A DNA stretch of 64,000 nucleotides, taken from IMG/VR virus record IMGVR_UViG_3300005739_000025. The stretch is one strand, 5' to 3'. Position 1 is the first letter of the stretch, and each line of letters opens with the position of its first letter. The notes beneath the pieces are model-generated. The model was not told where the DNA came from and made no database searches. It saw only the letters and a program-made list of their open reading frames with translations. The DNA comes from a virus. Its lineage: Duplodnaviria; Caudoviricetes. Below, piece by piece: positions 57,730 to 64,000 of the stretch. Position numbers and translations under genes: made by a program.

Positions 57730-58686
57730 ATGGCTTATAATAAGGACTCAAGATCTATATTTGATAGATATGTAAATAAAATACTTCAAGAGGCAGGTGA
57801 AGGTGATGTAGCTCGTTCACAATTTAGTGATGAACCAGTAGATCCCAAAGCTCAAGCAGAAGAACTTAAAAAGCGCGCCGAAGCACTTAATGATGCAGCT
57901 AAAAAATACCCTGGTCAAAAAGTATTCTTACAACAAGATGGAACTTATGCACCAGCTTCACAAGCAGATAAACAGTTTACTGCAGTAGGCGATAAAAGCG
58001 CCCCTGGTGAAGGTTTTAACGCTGTTACAAAAGATAATCCAGAACCACCACCTACAGAGACAAAAACAGCAGCTGAAGTTCCAGCTACACAACAATTAAC
58101 TAAAACAACAACAAACCCACCAACTCCAGAAGAGATAAAACAATATGGTGCAACTGGTGCCGAATTAAGACAATCAAGCGGTGGGCAATTTATGTCTAGA
58201 GAAGACAGAACCAATCAAGAAAAGGTTGACGCTATTTTAGGAAAAGGCAAATACAAAGCAGGGTCAGCCGAAGCTAATTTAGCATTGGCAGATTATTTTA
58301 AGAAAAATCCCATATCTTCTAAAACTTCTGCAGCAGTACCCCCATCGACAACTCAACCATTACAAACAGTTAATACCGGAAGACCTGGCCAACCTGTGGG
58401 TAGTATTTCAACACCAGGAATTCAATCAACCCCAGGTTATAATGCAGAATTTAACCCCACAGCAAATAATCAGACACAAGGTAGTTCTATGAGCTTAAAA
58501 CCTTCACAACCTTCTTTAAGTGATCTTGGAATTCAAGTTACTTCAGGTCAAAAGCCCGTCACTACAACACCAGCTCCAGTAGCTCCAGCAGCTCCGACTT
58601 CCACAACACAACCCCCAAAACCTAAAAATAGAGCAGAAGCAGCAACTCTAGCTAGAAATAGAAACCCACAACCAAAAAGTGCATAA
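57730..58686 (+). CDS. Low-complexity T/P/Q-rich probable virion protein
   Basis: DSRSIFDRYVNKILQE leader; TAAATA 5 nt upstream. Confidence 0.6.
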   Translation: MAYNKDSRSIFDRYVNKILQEAGEGDVARSQFSDEPVDPKAQAEELKKRAEALNDAAKKYPGQKVFLQQDGTYAPASQADKQFTAVGDKSAPGEGFNAVTKDNPEPPPTETKTAAEVPATQQLTKTTTNPPTPEEIKQYGATGAELRQSSGGQFMSREDRTNQEKVDAILGKGKYKAGSAEANLALADYFKKNPISSKTSAAVPPSTTQPLQTVNTGRPGQPVGSISTPGIQSTPGYNAEFNPTANNQTQGSSMSLKPSQPSLSDLGIQVTSGQKPVTTTPAPVAPAAPTSTTQPPKPKNRAEAATLARNRNPQPKSA

Positions 58687-58701
58687 TTATTTTATTAGAT
58701 A

Positions 58702-58707
58702 TAAATA
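58702..58707 (+). promoter_or_regulatory. Representative T4-like late promoter core TAAATA, 5-6 nt before the start codon
   Basis: Same spacing at 8216, 14973, 15436, 37037, 54951, 57719, 60058 and on the minus strand at 7866, 11889, 19714, 38365, 39131, 43787, 44749, 46995, 63551, 63926. Confidence 0.75.
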
Positions 58708-58712
58708 GTTTA

Positions 58713-59405
58713 ATGGTTACTTTTAAGAGCTTTTTAAAAGAAGCAGTTCTACCACAACAACAAACTCAACAAGCATACCAAGGCGGTCAAGGTGGCGGCG
58801 GTAGAGTTACTCAATCTCATAATGGCACTAGAAATCAGCCTTTATCGCAGGCATTAGTAGTAACAATTCAAAAGGGTTTAGCTGGAACAGGTTTAGATTG
58901 GCATAGTTATAGTGGAGGTCAGCCCGCACGCGGCACGAGTAAAGCAAGAGTAGGAAGCACAAGACACGATAACGGTAGAGCTTCAGATGGTTATTTTAAA
59001 GATGCAGCAACAGGTAGAGTTTTAGACGCTGCAAATGCTGCAGATAGACAAAGAATAGCAGGCGCGTTAGGTAAGCTAAGACAGTCAGGTATTCAAGGTC
59101 TAGGCTGGGGCCCAGGGTATATGGGCACAAAAAACTTTCATATAGATATCGTCTCTCCAGAAATTTGGGGTGAAAATGGAAGAAGTGCAAACGCTCATCA
59201 ATGGGTCGTAGCTGCAGCGGGTGGAAGTGTTCTACCCCCTTCTTCATCCGAATATGGTATTGGACAAGACGGTCAAACAGCAGCTGCCGGTGGTGGACAA
59301 CAGCCTACTGCTTCTGATTATGATTCAGTAGGAGCCGCTGTTGGTGGGCTTCAATCTGGTGTTTCTAAAATTTTAGGAGGTATAAGTAATCCAACAAGCC
59401 TATGA
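58713..59405 (+). CDS. Putative M15-type (LAS) peptidoglycan peptidase with CTS-like leader
   Basis: MVTFKSFLKE; YSGG...GSTRHDNGRASD (H-x6-D) and FHID. Confidence 0.6.
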   Translation: MVTFKSFLKEAVLPQQQTQQAYQGGQGGGGRVTQSHNGTRNQPLSQALVVTIQKGLAGTGLDWHSYSGGQPARGTSKARVGSTRHDNGRASDGYFKDAATGRVLDAANAADRQRIAGALGKLRQSGIQGLGWGPGYMGTKNFHIDIVSPEIWGENGRSANAHQWVVAAAGGSVLPPSSSEYGIGQDGQTAAAGGGQQPTASDYDSVGAAVGGLQSGVSKILGGISNPTSL

Positions 59406-60055
59406 AAACCTTTAAACAATTTTTATTAGAAATAAAACTAGTAAACATACCTTATGACGGTAGAACCGCCCCTACTAGGTATAATAATCCAGGCGGTGCT
59501 TACCCTTCATCATCGTTTGAAAAATTTGGAATGAAAGGTTACGGTATTATTGGTGGTGGCCATAAAATAGGATATTATGATAATGTAGCTGATGGTGTTG
59601 CTGCCAACATATATCATTTAAGAAAAATGCCAATTGTAGGTAAAACGGTAGCTGAAGCTAGAAATTATTGGGTTACAGGTAGAATGGGCGGTAGAAAAAG
59701 TTTGCCAGGTATGAATGATAATCAAGTCATTACTGCTGAGCTACTTAAGGATCATAACTGGTTAGCTGCTTGGATGGTAGCTACTGCAAAAGAAGAAGGT
59801 TTTAAAGGGACTTTAGATAGAAATGTATTTGATGCAGCGTTTAAAAAACTTGATAATGTGTCTAATTACGACCCTTCTAAAGCACCAGAATTACAAGGAA
59901 CTCAAGCAACAGGTGGTACCCCTCAACCAGGTACAGAAAATACACCAGGTGGTGAGGCTAATAATGCGCCAACCTATGAAACACCAGCAGCTGCTGTTGC
60001 AGGTTTGTTAGGCGGTTTAGATAAACTAAAAAAAGCGATAACACCGTCTCTTTAA
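59402..60055 (+). CDS. Putative lysozyme-like virion hydrolase with CTS-like leader
   Basis: MKTFKQFLLE; RYNNPGG (RNNNPG-type motif), DGVAA, MVATAKEEG. Confidence 0.5.
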   Translation: MKTFKQFLLEIKLVNIPYDGRTAPTRYNNPGGAYPSSSFEKFGMKGYGIIGGGHKIGYYDNVADGVAANIYHLRKMPIVGKTVAEARNYWVTGRMGGRKSLPGMNDNQVITAELLKDHNWLAAWMVATAKEEGFKGTLDRNVFDAAFKKLDNVSNYDPSKAPELQGTQATGGTPQPGTENTPGGEANNAPTYETPAAAVAGLLGGLDKLKKAITPSL

Positions 60056-60069
60056 CATAAATAATTATT

Positions 60070-60939
60070 ATGGATCGCGATAGTAAGTTAATTTTTGAGA
60101 ATTATCATAAAAAAGTAATTTTAGAAGCTGACACAACACAAGAAAACGATGATGAAAGTTGGATGACATCTTGGTTAGGTATTCCCCCTGAAGTTGTCTT
60201 TCCGTTAAAAGTTTTAGATCCTACAGGTGTTTTAAGTTATGAGGATGCCTATAAAGCCATTAACAACTACTCAGAAAGAAGAGATGTACCATCTTTTGTA
60301 ATGATGTTACTTTCTATATTTTGTGCTCTACCCAATTTTGGTTTATTAGCCGCTGGTGTTGGAGGAGCTGGGTGGGCAGCAGTAAAATCAGGTGCGAGAG
60401 CAGCAGTGAAAGCAGGACCTCACGCAGCAATGTCATTTGGTGAAAAGCTACTAGCTGGAATTTCTAAAACCCCTGGTTTAGCACCTAAAGCGGTAAAAGC
60501 TGTTGATGAATTAGTAGCACAAGGAATAATAAAAGATAAAATGGCAGCTGCTGTACTAAAAGAAACATTTAAAACAGGTAGCTTAAATGGAGTGATAACA
60601 GGTTTAGGTAAAAAAGGATCTCTTACAGCTAAATATGGTGCAAAAAATGTGGAAAATATAATGAGTAAAATACCTATTAGTGGAAGAATGGCGACAAAAG
60701 CTGGTTTTGATACAAGTATTAAAAAAGGTATTTATGGTAAATTGGCAAAAACGAAGCTAGGTACAAGAGCATTAATGAATATTGGAGATTCTAATTTATT
60801 ACCGGGTAAACTTTATAAACCAAAATCATCTGCTTCTGAACAAGAGCAAGAACAAGAACCCCGTACATCCCCTGGTAAATCTAGAGAAGAAGTTTTAGAT
60901 CAATTAAAAAAACTTAGACAAAGAGCAGGATTAGAATAA
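60070..60939 (+). CDS. Probable head-packaged membrane-interacting protein
   Basis: MDRDSKLIFENYHKKVILE; LDPTG followed by hydrophobic and Gly/Ala-rich helices. Confidence 0.55.
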   Translation: MDRDSKLIFENYHKKVILEADTTQENDDESWMTSWLGIPPEVVFPLKVLDPTGVLSYEDAYKAINNYSERRDVPSFVMMLLSIFCALPNFGLLAAGVGGAGWAAVKSGARAAVKAGPHAAMSFGEKLLAGISKTPGLAPKAVKAVDELVAQGIIKDKMAAAVLKETFKTGSLNGVITGLGKKGSLTAKYGAKNVENIMSKIPISGRMATKAGFDTSIKKGIYGKLAKTKLGTRALMNIGDSNLLPGKLYKPKSSASEQEQEQEPRTSPGKSREEVLDQLKKLRQRAGLE

Positions 60940-60940
60940 A

Positions 60941-61954
60941 ATGACACCTTTAGAAATTTTAAATCAATTGAACAGTATTATTGAAGGAGCAGACGCAAGC
61001 GCTTTAGCCGATCCTCAAACTGTTCAAAGTATTGCTAATACTTTTTCCGGTGCGGTAAAATTAACTCTTAATAATCCTTCTGTATTATCTCAAAATTTTC
61101 AAGACTACGTTCAAGCAATTACAAATTTTAGTAATTTATCGGACCCCTTTTCTACTATTACTGAAAACGAATTAATAGGTACATCTTTTAACAAGATGAT
61201 GGATTTATTATCTAAATCTGGGCCATCAGAAAATGGTGAACAACCTTCTGACGAACAACCTCAATCACCAGAGCCTCAAGATCAGCCCCCCACACCACCT
61301 GCACCACCTGCTGCACCCGACAGAGATGCACCACAACCTCCTCCACCACCACCCACGCCACCTGCTCCTCCAAAACCTCCAGGTTCCCCAACAAACGTAC
61401 CTTCAGACTCTAAATCCCAAAAACCAGCACCTTCTTCAAACTCAAGTAAGGAACCCTCTGATTCAGAAGAATCGTTGTTCAGAAAATTTCATGGAACGAG
61501 CTTTGATCCAAAATCGTCAATGGATAAGAGAAAAATGGAAATGCTTAGACAAGCGGAAAAAGAAGTAGGTTCTAAAGATGAATCAAAACTAAGACAAGCC
61601 GCTTATGCACTACAATACGGTGGTAAACAACCTTCTTCTAGTAGTAAAACTACTTCTAAGTCACCAACAGTTAAGTTTGGTGATACTCAACAACCTACTT
61701 ATATTCAAGTTGCCGGTGGTAAATTTGTTCCTGCTTCCAATAAAGATGTTGCAGCTGGTAATCAAATATGGATTAAAAATCCGAGAAAAGGGCAAGGAGA
61801 AACACACAAGCCAAACTATGTTCAGGTTAGAACTGAAAAAGGTGAAAGCTTGAGACCCAAGTCTCAACTACCTGGTACACTAGGATCATTATCAAACTTT
61901 TTAGGCGACGTAGGCAATACGCTTGATAAAACATCAAGAAAACCAAGAAGATAA
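60941..61954 (+). CDS. Proline-rich multi-domain probable virion protein
   Basis: LNSIIE leader, poly-P linker, LFRKFHGTSFDPKSSMD motif. Confidence 0.55.
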   Translation: MTPLEILNQLNSIIEGADASALADPQTVQSIANTFSGAVKLTLNNPSVLSQNFQDYVQAITNFSNLSDPFSTITENELIGTSFNKMMDLLSKSGPSENGEQPSDEQPQSPEPQDQPPTPPAPPAAPDRDAPQPPPPPPTPPAPPKPPGSPTNVPSDSKSQKPAPSSNSSKEPSDSEESLFRKFHGTSFDPKSSMDKRKMEMLRQAEKEVGSKDESKLRQAAYALQYGGKQPSSSSKTTSKSPTVKFGDTQQPTYIQVAGGKFVPASNKDVAAGNQIWIKNPRKGQGETHKPNYVQVRTEKGESLRPKSQLPGTLGSLSNFLGDVGNTLDKTSRKPRR

Positions 61955-61992
61955 TTCTTGATAATCAGTAAAAATATACTATATATAAATGT

Positions 61993-62721
61993 ATGAGAAT
62001 TGCTTTTAGTGGAGCTGCATGCACAGGCAAAACTACAACTGTTAACGCTTTTTTACAAAAATGGCCAAACTACACATTGGTAAAAAGCGATTACAGAAAA
62101 ATAATTAAAAAGACGAAAAAGCATAGTAAAAACGTTACACCAAAAAGTCAAAAAGAAATTTTGGATATTTTAATTAAAGAAAGTTCACCCTTTACACCCC
62201 ACGATAAGGTTTGTTATGATAGATGTGCACTAGACAATTTAGTTTATTCTCTCTGGGCACATGGATCGGAAAAAAAAGGATTTAGTGAAAAGTTTATTTC
62301 TCAAACAATTGAATCTGTAAAAGAAGCAATGAGATATCTAGATGTTATTTTTATATTTTCTAGAGACTTAATGCCTCCTAATATTGAAAGTGACGGTACA
62401 AGGGAAACGGACCCTATTTATGTTAAGGAGATAGATAATATTTTTAAAGCAATTGCCAAACAAGCTCAAGACGATATAGCCAAATCGCCTTTCTTTCCTA
62501 AAGATGATTCACCAGCAGTAATAGAAATTCATGGTACAACAGAAGAAAGATTAGCCCAAATTGCACTTTACGTAACACCAGAAGGTACTGCATATGGTGA
62601 AGAACAATCCGTATTTAATATGGAAGAGCTTAATAAAATGTATTCTTTACTAGCGGATCAAAAGCACTTACTGACTGATGAGCAAAAACAAAAGTTAGGA
62701 TTGTTGGATTTGAATAAATAA
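61993..62721 (+). CDS. P-loop nucleotide kinase/ATPase (AAA_28-like)
   Basis: RIAFSGAACTGKTT, CYDRCALDNLVY, DGTRETD. Confidence 0.7.
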   Translation: MRIAFSGAACTGKTTTVNAFLQKWPNYTLVKSDYRKIIKKTKKHSKNVTPKSQKEILDILIKESSPFTPHDKVCYDRCALDNLVYSLWAHGSEKKGFSEKFISQTIESVKEAMRYLDVIFIFSRDLMPPNIESDGTRETDPIYVKEIDNIFKAIAKQAQDDIAKSPFFPKDDSPAVIEIHGTTEERLAQIALYVTPEGTAYGEEQSVFNMEELNKMYSLLADQKHLLTDEQKQKLGLLDLNK

Positions 62722-62932
62722 GAGTAGTGAAAGACTACAATAGTAAGTTTAATAACATAATGGAAAATTTTGGTAGTATTCTTTTAAAAAAGAGAATGTT
62801 TTATCCTAGAAACTTTAAACTATCTGATAAATTTACTAATACATTAAAAGAAGAAATTAAAAGACTTAAAAAAGAAGGTCTTTCAGATTCTAAAATTATA
62901 GAAAAATTATCTAAGTGTATTAGATTTTATTG

Positions 62933-63544
62933 TTAATCTAAACCTACAACAATAGTATAGGAATAAAATCTTTCAACCACAGACGATATATTTGAACTAA
63001 CGAATAAAGTGTATGTTGTATCGTTTCCTACCTCTACAGGTACACCACTTAATGAGAATGTGGTAAATTCTCCAGGGGATTGATAATAAGAGTTATAGTC
63101 TGGCGAAGAATATAGTCTCTTAACGTTTATATCTGAATTGGTAAAATCCGCTGCTAAAGTCGGTATTGTTACAACGATAGTAGCGGTGGTTTCGTTAGCG
63201 GCTATACTAAATTGTCTCTTTCTATATACAACACTACTTCTTGTTTGGTTTATAGCGCTTAATAATTGGATATCTGTTGTGTTTGATATTACTCTAGCTG
63301 ATAAGCTTCTATAGTCTGAACTAACAGCGGAAACAGCGGTAGATAAACTTATTTGCGAAGCAGACAAAGAAAATATATTGTTAGCTATTCCATTATAGAA
63401 ACTAGTATTTTGAGGACCTATAACAAAATCGCTAAAATCTAACTTGTTTGTACCAGCATTATTCTCTACAATCAAATAGTTACCAGCTAATATTTGTTCT
63501 AATTGTGGCAACTCTTTAACGTTAATTGTATTAAAATTATTCAT
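62933..63544 (-). CDS. Putative tail/baseplate structural protein
   Basis: INVKELP...YLIVENNAGTNKLDF pattern, S/T-rich coiled stretch; TAAATA 6 nt upstream. Confidence 0.55.
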   Translation of the reverse strand: MNNFNTINVKELPQLEQILAGNYLIVENNAGTNKLDFSDFVIGPQNTSFYNGIANNIFSLSASQISLSTAVSAVSSDYRSLSARVISNTTDIQLLSAINQTRSSVVYRKRQFSIAANETTATIVVTIPTLAADFTNSDINVKRLYSSPDYNSYYQSPGEFTTFSLSGVPVEVGNDTTYTLFVSSNISSVVERFYSYTIVVGLD

Positions 63545-63553
63545 TTAAAGTAT

Positions 63554-63919
63554 TTATCCTAATATTACAACCCTGTAATTAGCGGTATTTAAAATATTAG
63601 GAAATGATAATGTTATAGTATTAGTTGTAGTATGTAAAACTGTATAATTTGATGTTAATTGATAAAACGTTGTATTGTCATATACATTTGTGATTAAATC
63701 TCTAGAATTTAGATTATGAATAACTGTATAAACATTATCAGTTCCATTACCTATATTGGAAACAAATTTAGTACTACCTCCAATATAACTTTTCATGTAT
63801 TCACCTAAAGTAGATAATTTTAAGGTAAAGGTGTTAGAATCTTGTATAATCAATTTATCACCAGCACTTAAAAAGTTATTTTTTGTTGGTAATTGATCTA
63901 TAAAAACACTAGTAGGCAT
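63554..63919 (-). CDS. Putative tail-fibre-associated structural protein
   Basis: IDQLP...GDKLII; YTVIHNLNSRD...NTITLSF...YRVVILG. Confidence 0.55.
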   Translation of the reverse strand: MPTSVFIDQLPTKNNFLSAGDKLIIQDSNTFTLKLSTLGEYMKSYIGGSTKFVSNIGNGTDNVYTVIHNLNSRDLITNVYDNTTFYQLTSNYTVLHTTTNTITLSFPNILNTANYRVVILG

Positions 63920-64000
63920 ACAATTTATTTAGGTAGATATTTAAATGTTCCACTATAATATATAATTATGATTTTTGTAGGTATTGTAACTTGTAATCGT

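Noticed and set aside
3432-61867. Numerous 60-110 aa ORFs antisense to or out of frame within long genes (e.g. 3432, 5062, 5450, 10839, 16978, 31272, 43806, 54266, 57006, 57945, 61212)
   Set aside because: Fully nested in better-supported CDSs, with no promoter motif and no recognisable features.
1-64000. Stop-codon reassignment as in some large phages
   Set aside because: Recognisable enzymes (GuaC, Glf, QueE, PhoH, MoxR) are full length in code 11 and no suppressor tRNA is seen.

Overview
AT-rich, gene-dense 64-kb segment of a large T4-like (myovirus-type) bacteriophage, standard genetic code. No integrase, CRISPR array or rRNA is visible, and the core capsid, terminase and polymerase genes lie outside the window. 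Layout: (1) 0-11.9 kb accessory, metabolic and structural genes (holin-T-like GAF protein, AAA ATPase, YbaN, metallophosphoesterase, GMP reductase, S74-chaperoned tail fibre, cytidylyltransferase, ribosomal protein bS21, RadA-like ATPase). (2) 11.9-17 kb cluster of 9 tRNAs interleaved with glf, a PD-(D/E)XK nuclease, four RSDAG-type peptides and structured spacers. (3) 17-29 kb membrane, lipoprotein and glycosyltransferase genes plus a ~370-nt structured non-coding region. (4) 29.5-36.3 kb visibly more GC-rich array of small early-type genes, most with a GTTCC-NN-(-10 box) promoter. (5) 36.3-39.2 kb palindrome-rich spacer and repeat-bounded cassettes. (6) 39-64 kb genes preceded by the T4-like late element TAAATA, encoding probable head-packaged proteins, a MoxR/VWA pair, QueD/QueE, PhoH and two putative wall hydrolases. 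The standout signal is a ~16-aa peptide tag, KP(K/E)TxxHFGDI(L/F)xxL, present 24 times in 17 largely unrelated ORFs. It is either C-terminal or, in polyproteins, followed by an L-x-E prohead-protease-type site that would make it C-terminal after cleavage. This suggests an undescribed protein sorting or delivery system. A Verrucomicrobiota host is suggested by two host-like genes (inference). All family assignments come from motif recognition by eye; no database searches were run.
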